Positions 34,186 through 45,063 are shown, numbered from the stretch's first letter. The stretch is DNA of 64,000 bases from Rickettsiales bacterium (GCA_002729235.1 PBTY01000045.1:359-64358); one strand, 5' to 3'. The notes: generated by a model from the letters alone, not told the origin. Translations and numbers: made by a program.

Positions 34186-36450
34186 TTAGAAAGGGTACCC
34201 AATGGCGAAGTTGAAGATCATGGATTTGGGGTCTGGTCTGAACGAGCCAGTAGGGGTGTCCAATGGAAAGGCCAGATCTCCTCTGATTACAAAATTTTGA
34301 ATGTCTATTCGTAAACCTGCACCTGTTCCAATACCTAACTGTTTGTAGAAATCACTGGTAAACTGTCCTCCAGGAAGGACCTCTTCATTTCCATTGCGTA
34401 ACCACACATTTCCTGCATCTAGAAAAATAGCCCCTTTGAGAAAACTGTAAATTGGAAATCGATATTCGGTATTAGCTTCTAATCGGATATCTCCAGTTCT
34501 ATCAAAGAAAGAGCTGGTATTGTCTTCTGTGGCTTCTGGCACATAAGTTCCAGGCCCCAATGACCTAATTTTAAAAGCTCTGACACTGTAAGGACCACCA
34601 GAATAAAACTGTTTGGCGAATGGCATGGCATCTGAGTTGCCGTAAGCAACACCAATTCCTCCATGCAATCGGGTGACTAATTGATGGCTTTTCCCAAGAT
34701 CAAAATTAATGCGCAAGTCCAGGTCAGCTTTGGCGTATTGCGCATACTCCAGTCCGAAGATCGTTTCTTTGCCATTCTCCTCAACTCCAGTCAGCGCGTT
34801 GAATAGATTGCCTGCTACATCCAAATTACTGTTGATGTATATCGGATTTCTGATTTTAGGATTGTTGGACTGTGCATATGTAAAACTGTACGTAAATCCT
34901 CCAATCAACTCTTGCTGAAAGCTGCTTGCCAGGAAGGGATTGTCAGTCAGTATAGTCTCAAACTCATCTGTGGTATTGGACAGCTTCACCAGATTGAGGC
35001 TGATTGGATTGAATTGATGGTAGATGTATTTGGAGGCATTCCAATCATAGCCGTAAGTAGTCTGTAAGGTTCTTAATTGATATAATTGGGCTCTATTAAG
35101 GTACTCTATGCCTAAGGAGATTTTAGTCTTTGGTACGTCATACTTAAACCGGTCTACCATTCTAATAGGAATCAGGCGTGGAAAAATCAGATCTCCATTG
35201 ATGCCAAACTGCGTACTGCTCAATCCAGTATTCTTGCCACCCGTGATTTGGGTTTCATATCCGATATGTCCACTTAGCTGGAGGAGTTCACCACCATGAA
35301 ATAGGTTTCTATTAGAGTAGATTCCTCGCAAGCTTGGTCCAGCGAAGTTGTTGGATTTAGAAACAGCCTGAACCTGCAGTCTCAAGGAGCGTCTGGTCAT
35401 CGGAGATAAATAGATCTTTGTATCAAGTAGTCCGGTGGTGTCAGTTGAATCAACCTTATTTGCTTCCACATGGCGGATGTTGACATATTTGTATGCTCCA
35501 ATAGACGAATAGCGCTGACTTGTGACCTCAGATCCTCTAGGAGAATAGCGAGTATTTTCTTTCATCAGCAGATAGTAGGGGATGAGTTTTGGCTTGAAGT
35601 ACTCATCACTTTGAATGACTGCAATGTCTTCTACGATAGTCGTGTCTTGGAGTGTAGAATCCATATCCAGGGAGTAGTTGGGATATACTTCTATGGAATT
35701 GATTCGGTAAGGAAGCGTAGACTTGAGTGGTGTGTTTTTCTTTAGGCGGAGATACAAGTCGAACTGTCGTCCTTCCAATTGGTTGGTGTCTGCTTCAAAG
35801 ATGAGAAAATCTCCATTGAAGTTGTAATACCCTAAAGATTTCAGGTAGTCATCGATTCGAGACCTCTCTTGCTTGAAATCATTTAAGTCAAACCTGGTTT
35901 CAGGTTTGAGTATGGTTTTAGATAATGAATTCTTGATAGCTTCTTTAAGCTGGGAGGAATCCATATCCAATTGATAGTTGCGTAAAAAATATGGCGCGGA
36001 AATCAATAGTTCGTAGTTGATCTCCGCTTTTTTGTCTTTCGCAGCGATACTGGAGGTTACCTGATTGGTAAAGAATCCATGATTTTCCAGGCGGTTATCC
36101 AGTAACTTTTCTGTTCGAGCAATGTCAACGTCTGATAAGTAAACGGGTTGCTCTCCAAACTTCTTGTTGAGAAATTTAGTAATTGGACCAAATTTCACGC
36201 CTTGTGCCCGGTAATGATAATAGAGGCCAAGTCGCATACCTAAAAATTTGGAATTAGGAGTAGGATAGAGTGTGCTTTCTAATTCAGTTTCCAACTGGTT
36301 TTTATCCGATGGACGCTTGTCAAAGTTGAGCTTTAAGTTTGTGCCCGTATACAAAACCTGATCTTCTGGAATGTATTTATTGACACTGCAGGAAGTAATC
36401 AATACCACACTCCAAATCAAAAAGAGATATGTTTTGAGTGATTTATTCAT
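34186..36450 (-). CDS. Lipidated Omp85/BamA-family outer-membrane protein paired with TamB (TamL-type)
   Basis: Track ORF is 34186-36531. The ATG at 36450 gives MNKSLKTYLFLIWSVVLITSCSVNKY (lipobox) and overlaps the TamB stop by 8 nt. The C-terminal surface-antigen barrel is ...FYSGGPYSVRAFKIRSLGPG...NTEYRFPIY..LKGAIFLDAGNVW...GLRIDIQNFVIRGDLAFPL. Confidence 0.8.
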   Translation of the reverse strand: MNKSLKTYLFLIWSVVLITSCSVNKYIPEDQVLYTGTNLKLNFDKRPSDKNQLETELESTLYPTPNSKFLGMRLGLYYHYRAQGVKFGPITKFLNKKFGEQPVYLSDVDIARTEKLLDNRLENHGFFTNQVTSSIAAKDKKAEINYELLISAPYFLRNYQLDMDSSQLKEAIKNSLSKTILKPETRFDLNDFKQERSRIDDYLKSLGYYNFNGDFLIFEADTNQLEGRQFDLYLRLKKNTPLKSTLPYRINSIEVYPNYSLDMDSTLQDTTIVEDIAVIQSDEYFKPKLIPYYLLMKENTRYSPRGSEVTSQRYSSIGAYKYVNIRHVEANKVDSTDTTGLLDTKIYLSPMTRRSLRLQVQAVSKSNNFAGPSLRGIYSNRNLFHGGELLQLSGHIGYETQITGGKNTGLSSTQFGINGDLIFPRLIPIRMVDRFKYDVPKTKISLGIEYLNRAQLYQLRTLQTTYGYDWNASKYIYHQFNPISLNLVKLSNTTDEFETILTDNPFLASSFQQELIGGFTYSFTYAQSNNPKIRNPIYINSNLDVAGNLFNALTGVEENGKETIFGLEYAQYAKADLDLRINFDLGKSHQLVTRLHGGIGVAYGNSDAMPFAKQFYSGGPYSVRAFKIRSLGPGTYVPEATEDNTSSFFDRTGDIRLEANTEYRFPIYSFLKGAIFLDAGNVWLRNGNEEVLPGGQFTSDFYKQLGIGTGAGLRIDIQNFVIRGDLAFPLDTPTGSFRPDPKSMIFNFAIGYPF

Positions 36451-39400
36451 TGTTTTCACTTTGAGCATCTTCCATTTCTTTTCTCCAGATGTCCTGGAAT
36501 CGATTGAATTCACGAGAGAATATGAAAGCAAATCCAGTTACAATCAATTGACCATCGATAACGTTTTGATATTCGTTTTTTCTAAATCCTTTGAATCGGT
36601 AGCGTCCATTTTTAGTGACTAAATACTCAATACTCACATTCCCGATTAATGGAGTGGTAACTTCGCTCTCCTGCATGGTGCTCCCTTCAATATTTACCTC
36701 GCTTCCCACCTGTACAATCACCCGATTGTCGAATAGTCGTTGACTAGCATTGATATTGACATCTGTGCGATCCTGTGAGGTTTCTCCCTGAGTTTCTGTG
36801 TAACTATTTATGCCAAAATCAACCTGAAAACCTGAGTTTCCGGTGACTTTATTGGACAAGCTATTGAGCTGACTAGACAGTACATTGTTTACATTGTTTC
36901 GGGCGATAGATGCTGATCCGCCACTGCTGCCATCACTACCAGCGGCAGGGAAGAATCGATTCAAGACTAAAAGTGAAAATACCTGCTTATTGAGTTGGTC
37001 TTCATTGTTATTGAGCTGTTGTACAGCTGCATAAACTCTTCCTCCGTTAGCGCCACGTTCATTTTCATCCAGATCCAACCCAAAACTTAATTCTGGTTGC
37101 AAAATGGTTCCATCCAGGTTTAGATAAACATCAAATGGTAGCTGCTGTTGGGAACTGGTTGACGTACTTTCTCCAAGTGACTGAGCCTGGATCAGGGGAG
37201 AGGGAGACGTTTTTACATTATAAATGGCCTGAATGTCAAGTTCTGCCGCGAGTGGATCGCCACTCCAGGTGATAGTGCCTCCTGGAGCGAGTTCAAATCG
37301 TCTCTTTACAAGATTGTATAGGCTGGCTTCAAAATGTCCATCTGATACAGAGTACATTCCTGATAGTGTGGTTCTGCCATTTGGTTCCATTCCGAAATTA
37401 AAGTCTCCTTTACCACTGATTTGGAAATTGTCACCTGTTCGTTCGTCAATGATTATGGTGAAAGTGGCTCCATTACCGATGGTCAGGTTGGTGTTGAGGT
37501 CCAAACCAGCTAAAGCCTGAACTGAGTTGGTGACGTCTTCATCTTTTCTTGTCAAGATGTCATCTGGGTTTTGCTTGTTCACAAAAATGACTACTCCTTC
37601 ACGCTCAACCAGGTCTGCCTGGGATTCAGGAACCATCATGGTGAAGTCTGAATTTTTCAAAACGCTGATTGATCCTCGAATCCGAGGTACTGCCAGATTG
37701 CCTTTTACTGTTAGATCAGCATCTAGACCTACTTTTCCATAGAACAGCTCGTTATCATCTTTGTCTGAATTAACTGCTGTGAAGTTTCGAGCCACCAGGT
37801 TCAAGTCAAAGGTGGGATTCATAAGGTTAGCTGTTGCAATTGTGCCATTGATAGCGAAAGAGCGGTTGTCTTGATCGCTTATATCAAAGTCCTTTAGATA
37901 AACTCCATCATTATCAATTGTGAGTGATTCACTATCAATAGAGAAACTCGTGTTCAGTGAATTGATCTTTAAGCTAAACTCATGGAATTGAAGGTCTCCT
38001 GAATATTTTGGATTCGTTGTATTTCCTGAGATTGAGATGTCTCCGGAGAGATATCCAGATGGATCTGAAATCTCGTCTGATAAAAAGGCATTCATGATCT
38101 CGGCTTCAATTCGCTCCATGTTTAAATTCAGGTCTAAATTGGTTGCTACGTCCGACGGAACAAATGATCCTTTTAAGGATAGATCCGCTTGTCCATCTTG
38201 AAGTGACATGCTGAAGTTGTAATCGCTCGCTGATCCCTTTTCAGCTTTCAGATTTAGATCGCCGAAAGTCACTCCTTGAGAGGCTAATTGGTTAATTGAT
38301 AAATCTGCTAATAGTGCGGAGTTTGAGAATAAATGTGACATGGATATTTCTCCATCCATTACTCCGGAAGCAATCGTGTCTGATGAATTTAGAAAGCTTG
38401 CCAAAGTCATCAGGTTAAAGTGATCGACACTCACTTTTGCGTTCTGGTATGGGTTATCGTCTCCAAAGTTTGATAAGGCTATTTGCTGATTTTTATGGCT
38501 AAGACTGAAGTTCTCAAATCGAACATAGTTTGGCGCAATCAATATGTTGTTATTTTCTGGTACTACCCACATCTTGCGATGCATGATGAAGGTATCCGGC
38601 TCAATGAAGAAATCAAGAGTGTCACCTGCTATTTTCATCTCTGTTCGAATGTCAATGATGGAGCCTTCTTCTTCTGGTGCATGTAGTTTCATGATAAGTT
38701 TATTCTCTTTGGCGTATCCGTTCAAATTGAATTGCTGCATGCTTATTGGTCCCGCCTCAATGGAGGCCCAACCTGCTGAAAAGTTCAGTTTCTGATTGGT
38801 GCCAATTACATTTAGGTGTAGACTATCCAAAACCTGATCACTGTAATTTATATAAGGTGCGTTTAGAAGGATGACAAGTGAGTCTTGTGCTTCACGATAG
38901 TCAAAATTCAATGTAACGGAATCGAATTGGTCTAATCCAGGTAATATGATGTCACTGATCAACAGGTCCTGCTTGATACTGAGATTAGCACGAACTACTA
39001 CACCCGAGTCACCAGGTGAGGTGGTTCTTTTGGTATCGCCGGAGTGCAAGTACTCAGATAACTGATTTCTTAAGGTTTCAGAGAAGGCTCCAGGGCTGGT
39101 GTTGGACTCTAGACGGGCATTGATGACATCACTGGTGAGGTGAGCACTGGTGGAGTCACTAGAGCTGAAGTAATCTCCCGAGATTTGATTGATGGTGTAG
39201 TTCTCAAGGTCCTTCACAATTACCATGTCTGCCAGGTCAAAGTTGATGCTCAAGGTGCTATCAAAGGACACTAAACCAGCATTCAATTGAAATTTGGTTC
39301 GGATATCTTCCTGAGTGATGCCTAACCCCATGAGATCTGCACCTTTTACATTAAGCTGCATTTGGGCTTTTTGATTCATTGAATCCAGGTTGGCATTGAC

Positions 39401-41452
39401 TGTTAAACTTAGATCTACATTGTAATCCGTATAGTCAAAGTTGATTTTTCCTTTGCCATCCTTCATTGTACCCATCAGTTTTAAAGAGTCTATGGTATAA
39501 TCCTGGTATTGGATAGAAAGGATATTGGCTTGTAACGAGGCATCCAGATCAGAGAGGGTATTGCCACCACCTTCTGCCTTCAGAGAAATGGTTAGTGGGC
39601 CAAGGTCATTGTTTTGAATCAGTTGACCAATTTGAAGGGAGTCAGTGGAGAGGTTGGTTCTAAACTTTATTTGACTGTTAGCTCGATTCAATGATCCATT
39701 GAGTGAGATATTTCCAAGTGAACTGATGAGTTGATTTGTGGAGGTAATCTCCTCAAATGAACCAGTAGTAGTTCCTTTCCATTCAATGGATTTTGGAATA
39801 TCCAGATCCAGATTGCTAAGATCTGCCAAAGTGTTTAGGTCAGATTTTGAAGTAGCGAACTGATAGTTGAGATCTTTAAAATGAATGGAATCCATTTCAG
39901 AGATTTTGTATACCGTTCCATTTAAACTGAATCGTGTTACCTTTCCCCAATTAACTCGGATCTTATTGATGGATAGTTCTTCAGTTTTGCCGTTAATTTT
40001 GAATTCGGCCTCAAGGGTCTTGGAAGCAATGTTCTTTAAGTAACTATTGGTATCCAATGCCGGTTGAAATGCATAGATCGGATCAAAGGATTTGAGTTTT
40101 AGATTGATGTCAGTGCTGATGGTAGCGAGAGTTGGGTCATTTAGCCAATCGTTGATGGAGGGGTAACTGATTGAAGTATTTCCAGTGAGAACATTACCAT
40201 TGAGATTCACCTTTAGTTGCTGAAGAGATGCTTTTTGATTCGATAATTTAGCTTTGAAAGCCAAATTTTGAAGTTCTAGCCCACATCGCTCCATAAAACT
40301 CAAGTCATCAATATTGAGAGTTGTAATTTCGTTTTTTAAGGAAGCCTGGTTAATTGAAAGGTTGAAATCTTTGATATCAATGTGTGCAGGGTTAAAAACC
40401 TTTTCTTCTAATTGTGTGGAATCGGTGATTAATAAGATGCCATTGTTTGAAAGCTCAATATTTGACGCTTCCACACTCCATTCTGGCCAACTAAAGTCCG
40501 TGGTTATATTGCTTGTATCCGCTGTGCTAGGAGGCTTAGAGTAGGATTTAAAAGTTATTTCGCTTTGATCAAGCAAGAGCTTGTCAAGTTGTATTTTTTG
40601 CTCATTCAGATCAATCAAAGAAATTTCCGTTTCGAACTGGTCGATCTGGCCATCAAAGAAAGTGAGCGTGGGAGGAGAGTGATAGCTACCCTTGAGATTA
40701 TAAATATTGAGTTCATCTACCATGATGGTAGGAAGAATAGATTCTGAACTATCTTCCTCTGTGCTGGTGTTCGATGCAGTTAGGAATGTTTGAGTGTATT
40801 GTCCATTGATATCTGTCAAGGTTAGTTCGTCGATGTGGAAAAGCATTTTTTCCAAATCAAGTTCATCCATTGATAAATCAAGAGACCCAAGAAGTAGTTT
40901 GCTATCAATACCTAATGTTTGATCCTGGTACATTAGATCAAAATCAGCAAAATGAATATCTCCTACATCAATTGTTGGTGAAGAGGAGGTGGTGGTGTCT
41001 ACTTGCTGTGAGGTAGTGTCACTAGCAAACGCATCAATGATGTATTGGAAGTTGAACTGAGCAGTTGTGCTGTCCCTTTTTACTCTTACAGCTAATCTTT
41101 CCCATTCTACATAATCGATATTGATTTCATTATTGCTGACTATTGGAATGAGGGCTACAGATGCTTCCAGGTTTTTGGAATAGATGAGTGTGTCTCCGGA
41201 CTGATCTTCCAGATAAACTTCTTCCAGGTATGCATTGCCATCGAAAGTAATGAAGAGTCTGCCAATAGAAAAGGGAGTGTTGATTTTGGAAGAAACGTAT
41301 TGAGTTGCCTTTTGAATGATGAGGTTTTGACCCCATGGGCTACGAATGATCAGCACTACAGCAATGAATAATACCAGTAAGCTACTGATAATCCATCCCA
41401 TGGCCTTTAGAATTAGGATTCCATACTTTTTAACTGCTGTGGTTCTTGACAT
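36443..41452 (-). CDS. tamB: Translocation and assembly module protein TamB (AsmA-like, DUF490 C-terminus)
   Basis: 1669 aa. N-terminal anchor ILILKAMGWIISSLLVLFIAVVLII. The body is long, repetitive and beta-rich. The C-terminal region ...GTITWSGDPLAAELDIQAIY...SVEYLVTKNGRYRFKGFRKNEYQNVIDGQLIVTGFAFIFSREF is typical of TamB. Confidence 0.8.
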   Translation of the reverse strand: MSRTTAVKKYGILILKAMGWIISSLLVLFIAVVLIIRSPWGQNLIIQKATQYVSSKINTPFSIGRLFITFDGNAYLEEVYLEDQSGDTLIYSKNLEASVALIPIVSNNEINIDYVEWERLAVRVKRDSTTAQFNFQYIIDAFASDTTSQQVDTTTSSSPTIDVGDIHFADFDLMYQDQTLGIDSKLLLGSLDLSMDELDLEKMLFHIDELTLTDINGQYTQTFLTASNTSTEEDSSESILPTIMVDELNIYNLKGSYHSPPTLTFFDGQIDQFETEISLIDLNEQKIQLDKLLLDQSEITFKSYSKPPSTADTSNITTDFSWPEWSVEASNIELSNNGILLITDSTQLEEKVFNPAHIDIKDFNLSINQASLKNEITTLNIDDLSFMERCGLELQNLAFKAKLSNQKASLQQLKVNLNGNVLTGNTSISYPSINDWLNDPTLATISTDINLKLKSFDPIYAFQPALDTNSYLKNIASKTLEAEFKINGKTEELSINKIRVNWGKVTRFSLNGTVYKISEMDSIHFKDLNYQFATSKSDLNTLADLSNLDLDIPKSIEWKGTTTGSFEEITSTNQLISSLGNISLNGSLNRANSQIKFRTNLSTDSLQIGQLIQNNDLGPLTISLKAEGGGNTLSDLDASLQANILSIQYQDYTIDSLKLMGTMKDGKGKINFDYTDYNVDLSLTVNANLDSMNQKAQMQLNVKGADLMGLGITQEDIRTKFQLNAGLVSFDSTLSINFDLADMVIVKDLENYTINQISGDYFSSSDSTSAHLTSDVINARLESNTSPGAFSETLRNQLSEYLHSGDTKRTTSPGDSGVVVRANLSIKQDLLISDIILPGLDQFDSVTLNFDYREAQDSLVILLNAPYINYSDQVLDSLHLNVIGTNQKLNFSAGWASIEAGPISMQQFNLNGYAKENKLIMKLHAPEEEGSIIDIRTEMKIAGDTLDFFIEPDTFIMHRKMWVVPENNNILIAPNYVRFENFSLSHKNQQIALSNFGDDNPYQNAKVSVDHFNLMTLASFLNSSDTIASGVMDGEISMSHLFSNSALLADLSINQLASQGVTFGDLNLKAEKGSASDYNFSMSLQDGQADLSLKGSFVPSDVATNLDLNLNMERIEAEIMNAFLSDEISDPSGYLSGDISISGNTTNPKYSGDLQFHEFSLKINSLNTSFSIDSESLTIDNDGVYLKDFDISDQDNRSFAINGTIATANLMNPTFDLNLVARNFTAVNSDKDDNELFYGKVGLDADLTVKGNLAVPRIRGSISVLKNSDFTMMVPESQADLVEREGVVIFVNKQNPDDILTRKDEDVTNSVQALAGLDLNTNLTIGNGATFTIIIDERTGDNFQISGKGDFNFGMEPNGRTTLSGMYSVSDGHFEASLYNLVKRRFELAPGGTITWSGDPLAAELDIQAIYNVKTSPSPLIQAQSLGESTSTSSQQQLPFDVYLNLDGTILQPELSFGLDLDENERGANGGRVYAAVQQLNNNEDQLNKQVFSLLVLNRFFPAAGSDGSSGGSASIARNNVNNVLSSQLNSLSNKVTGNSGFQVDFGINSYTETQGETSQDRTDVNINASQRLFDNRVIVQVGSEVNIEGSTMQESEVTTPLIGNVSIEYLVTKNGRYRFKGFRKNEYQNVIDGQLIVTGFAFIFSREFNRFQDIWRKEMEDAQSENNE

Positions 41453-41632
41453 AAGGTCCCCGTCGGGAAAACTGAAAAATTAGTCTTGATAGAATCAGAT
41501 TAGATAATCAATAGAACAGGATATTGTTTGTCCACTGATCAAATTTCAAGATCATTGATGGTATGTTGCTATTAAAGAAAGTATTTAATTACTCAGAATG
41601 TTTTGAACAACGATTTGGTTTAAACGCTTACC

Positions 41633-41665
41633 AACAAAAAAAGCGACCAGGTATGGTCGCTTTCA
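41633..41665 (-). terminator. Rho-independent terminator after the E2 acyltransferase gene
   Basis: On the minus strand: AAAGCGACC-atacct-GGTCGCTTT followed by TTTTTTGTTGG. The arms are at 41639-41648 and 41655-41663. Confidence 0.6.
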
Positions 41666-41686
41666 GTCATGTTATTTTTCGTGATT

Positions 41687-42988
41687 TTAAACCGTTCTAT
41701 TCTTGTCGAACTGTTCCAGGTAATCAGCTACTCTTCGCACGAACATACCTCCCAAAGCACCATCAACCACTCGGTGGTCATAGCTATGGGATAAGAACAT
41801 CTTATGTCTGATTCCGATGAAATCGCCTTGTGGAGTTTCTATCACAGAAGGTTTCTTCTGGATGGCTCCAAGGGCCAATATTCCAACCTGAGGTTGCATA
41901 ATGATAGGAGTACCCATTACATTTCCAAAAGATCCAACATTAGAAACAGTGTAGGTGCCACCTTGTAGATCATCAGGTTTCAATTTATTGTCTCTGGCTC
42001 TACGGGCCAGGTCATTTACTTTTTCAGTAAGTCCAACCAGGTTCAATTGATCAGCATTGTGAATTACCGGTACGATGAGGTTGCCAGAAGGAAGTGCAAC
42101 AGCCATACCGATGTTGATATTTCCTTTTCTTACAATATTAGAACCATCTACCTGCACATTGATCATTGGATAATCTCTGATAGCCTTAACCACTGCTTCG
42201 ATCATTATTGGAGTGAAGGTTAAAGCCTGACCTTTTTCAGCGAAAACACTTTTCATTTTATTTCTCCAATGAACCATCTCGGTAACATCCGCTTCTACGA
42301 ATGAGGTAACATGTGGAGAAATCTGCTTCGAAGCGACCATTCGATCTGCAATCATTTTGCGCATTCGATCCATTTCGATGATCTCATCTTCTCCACCGAT
42401 CGTTACTGGCATTTGTTGAGCGGCAGGTCGTGATGTCGGACTTGCTTCTGCAGCAGCGGTAACTTTAGCAGATCCATTGCTTCGATCTTTTACATAAGCC
42501 AATATGTCGTTTTTGGTTACTCGTCCATCTTTGCCAGATCCAGCAAGTTTTTCAAGTTCCTGTAGAGAGATTCCTTCTTCTTTGGCGATGTTTCTAACCA
42601 AAGGCGAAAAGAATTTGTCTCCCGCCTTGGAAGGGATTGCTTCTGTAGAAACAGTTGCAGTAGCTGTTTCCATGATGGCTTCAGCGGCTTCTACTGCTTT
42701 CTTCTCATCCTTCGCTGGAGTAGCTTCTGGGGTAGTGCTAGCTTCTCCATCTGTTTCAATGATCGCGATAGGTTTACCTACTTCCACCACATCACCTTCC
42801 TGGGCAAGAATTTCCTTCAGGACACCCGCATGAGTAGAGGGAATCTCCGTGTCTACCTTATCGGTGGCTACCTCTAAAATCGATTCATCTTCCTCTATTG
42901 CATCGCCTACATTCTTCAGCCAGGAGAGTACTGTGCCTTCCATCACGCTCTCGCCCATTTTGGGCATGACCATTTCTACTAGAGCCAT
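41687..42988 (-). CDS. Dihydrolipoamide acyltransferase (E2 component of a 2-oxoacid dehydrogenase complex)
   Basis: 433 aa. Lipoyl domain with LEVATDKVDTEIPS. Ala/Glu-rich linkers. E3/E1-binding segment SPLVRNIAKEEGISLQEL. Catalytic domain with LSHSYDHRVVDGALGG. Confidence 0.85.
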   Translation of the reverse strand: MALVEMVMPKMGESVMEGTVLSWLKNVGDAIEEDESILEVATDKVDTEIPSTHAGVLKEILAQEGDVVEVGKPIAIIETDGEASTTPEATPAKDEKKAVEAAEAIMETATATVSTEAIPSKAGDKFFSPLVRNIAKEEGISLQELEKLAGSGKDGRVTKNDILAYVKDRSNGSAKVTAAAEASPTSRPAAQQMPVTIGGEDEIIEMDRMRKMIADRMVASKQISPHVTSFVEADVTEMVHWRNKMKSVFAEKGQALTFTPIMIEAVVKAIRDYPMINVQVDGSNIVRKGNINIGMAVALPSGNLIVPVIHNADQLNLVGLTEKVNDLARRARDNKLKPDDLQGGTYTVSNVGSFGNVMGTPIIMQPQVGILALGAIQKKPSVIETPQGDFIGIRHKMFLSHSYDHRVVDGALGGMFVRRVADYLEQFDKNRTV

Positions 42989-43041
42989 ATAATATTTTGT
43001 TTGTTGTTTATTTTTGGGTTACACAAAGATAAATAATTTCG

Positions 43042-44289
43042 TTAATTGCTGGAAAAGTGAATTCTGAACATGTTTAGGGCTGCAAGGGCACTAAATTTTA
43101 TATTGAGAACTCTGTCTCTTGTAAAATTAAATTTTTTAGCAATGGTTTTTTCCTTATCGGAATAACAAATCCAGACCGTACCAACAGGTTTTTCTTCGGT
43201 GCCTCCACCAGGGCCTGCGATACCACTTATAGATAATCCCACATCGGCATTTAGCTTCTCTCTTACGGCCGTTGCCATCTGCACAACCACTTCTTCACTC
43301 ACCGCACCTTTCTCTTCCATTTCTGCCAGATTGACGTCAAGAGAATTCACTTTTACATCATAATCATAAGAAACGATAGATCCCTTGAAGTAAGCAGAAC
43401 TACCAGGAATCGAAGTGATCATGTGGGACAAATATCCTCCAGTGCAGCTTTCAGCGAAGGCAATGGATTTATTATGCTTCAACAAGGTTTCTCCAACAAC
43501 TTTTTCAAGCTCATCGTCATCAAAACCATAAACGTATTTTTGGATCAAAGGTAGAACTGTATTCACATTCTCATTGATCAGCTTAGCCAATTGGGTTTTG
43601 TCATCACCAATGGCGGTGATCCTTAATTTCACTTGTCCCATACTTGGGAGGTAGGCCAGTTTCAGTTGATTAGGTAAGGCCGCTTCCCAATCTTGTATTA
43701 GTTCTGCCAGTGAAGATTCTGGGATGCCCACCGTACGAATGATCTTATGGAGAATCACTCCGACAGAGAATTTTTCAGAAAGTCGAGGAAGTACTTCTGC
43801 CGACATGATGTCCTTCATCTCGTATGGGACACCTGGCATAGAGACGAAAATAGTATTTCGTTCATCAAACCACATTCCAGGTGCCGTACCCATACTGTTG
43901 GTCAGTTTGGTGCAGTTGGCTGGTAGCTCCGCTTGTTTTCTATTTGGTTCAGTGATTTCTCTGCCTCTCTTGTTGAATAGCTCTTTGATTTCCTGGAGAG
44001 CAGATTCATTGAGAACGTAGCCGACATTGAAATATTTGGCAAGGAGAGGCTTGGTTAAGTCATCATTAGTTGGCCCTAGACCACCTGTTATCAGGATGAC
44101 GTCAGCTCTTTCTTCGGCCTCTTTCAGTGCGTTGAGAATTTCATCCTCTACATCACCTATTGTCACTCGTCTCTTTACTTTGATTCCTATCAGGTCTAGT
44201 TGTGCACTGATCCAATGTGCATTGGTATCTAATGTCTGACCGTATAGAAGCTCATCTCCAATTGAGATGATTTCAGCATATGTTGGCAT
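43042..44289 (-). CDS. cinA: CinA-family protein (competence/damage-inducible; NMN deamidase-related)
   Basis: 415 aa. MoCF-type N-terminal domain AEIISIGDELLYGQTLDTNAHWIS...ILITGGLGPTNDDLT. CinA C-terminal domain AFAESCTGGYLSHMITSIPGSS...GTVWI. Confidence 0.8.
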   Translation of the reverse strand: MPTYAEIISIGDELLYGQTLDTNAHWISAQLDLIGIKVKRRVTIGDVEDEILNALKEAEERADVILITGGLGPTNDDLTKPLLAKYFNVGYVLNESALQEIKELFNKRGREITEPNRKQAELPANCTKLTNSMGTAPGMWFDERNTIFVSMPGVPYEMKDIMSAEVLPRLSEKFSVGVILHKIIRTVGIPESSLAELIQDWEAALPNQLKLAYLPSMGQVKLRITAIGDDKTQLAKLINENVNTVLPLIQKYVYGFDDDELEKVVGETLLKHNKSIAFAESCTGGYLSHMITSIPGSSAYFKGSIVSYDYDVKVNSLDVNLAEMEEKGAVSEEVVVQMATAVREKLNADVGLSISGIAGPGGGTEEKPVGTVWICYSDKEKTIAKKFNFTRDRVLNIKFSALAALNMFRIHFSSN

Positions 44290-44349
44290 TACAGTATTTG
44301 CTTTATTCTGTATACTTTTATGGTACGCAAATTATATAATCTTTGAAGG

Positions 44350-45060
44350 ATGAGGCTTGTTTTATTTTCACTCTGTTTTATTTTTTTATTCACCAGATGT
44401 ACGGTTCAGCAGATCCAGCAAACACTTGGGGATGTATTGGAGTCAGATGAGTTAACCACTGATCAGGTGGTATCGGGACTCAAGGAAGCTTTGGTTAAAG
44501 GAGCGGGAACGAGCACAGCCTCAGCATCTAAGGTGAATGGCTTTCTTGGAAATCCGAAAATAAAGATTCCGTTTCCTCCAGATGTTAAAAAAGTAGAAGA
44601 TAAACTTCGGGAAATTGGACTCGGATCCAAGGTAGATGAGTTTATTGAAACACTCAATCATGGAGCTGAGGAGGCGGCCAAAGAAGCTAAACCAATTTTT
44701 GTCAATGCCATTACTGGAATGACTGTGCAGGATGCCTGGGGTATCTTGAAAGGGGAGGACAATGCGGCTACTCAGTACCTTCAAAGCAAAACCACCGCGG
44801 ACTTAACCGCAAAGTTTCAGCCTGTGATTAAACAAGCCTTAGATAAAACCAATGCAACTAAATATTACAGTGACCTGGTGAATACCTACAATAAGATTCC
44901 TTTTGTTGATAAGGTTAACCCCAATTTAGATGAGTATGCCACTGATCGAGCGTTGAGTGGATTATTTACTTTGGTTGCTGAAGAAGAAAAGAATATTAGA
45001 GCCAATCCAGCTGCAAGAACAACTGAATTACTTAAAAAAGTATTTGCAAAACAGGATTAA
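44350..45060 (+). CDS. DUF4197-domain protein (secreted/lipoprotein)
   Basis: 236 aa. Signal MRLVLFSLCFIFLFTRC. The pattern GLKEALVKGAGTSTASASKVNGFLGNPKIKIPFPPDVKKVEDKLREIGLG..VDEFIETLNHGAEEAAKEAKPIFVNAI matches my recollection of DUF4197. Confidence 0.65.
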   Translation: MRLVLFSLCFIFLFTRCTVQQIQQTLGDVLESDELTTDQVVSGLKEALVKGAGTSTASASKVNGFLGNPKIKIPFPPDVKKVEDKLREIGLGSKVDEFIETLNHGAEEAAKEAKPIFVNAITGMTVQDAWGILKGEDNAATQYLQSKTTADLTAKFQPVIKQALDKTNATKYYSDLVNTYNKIPFVDKVNPNLDEYATDRALSGLFTLVAEEEKNIRANPAARTTELLKKVFAKQD

Positions 45061-45063
45061 TAG

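Noticed and set aside
41687-42988. The stand-alone E2 acyltransferase gene, with no adjacent E1/E3 genes, considered as an anomaly.
   Set aside because: Dispersed genes for 2-oxoacid dehydrogenase components are common. The protein has an intact lipoyl-Lys motif and the DHRVVDG catalytic motif. Nothing in the sequence suggests a novel role.
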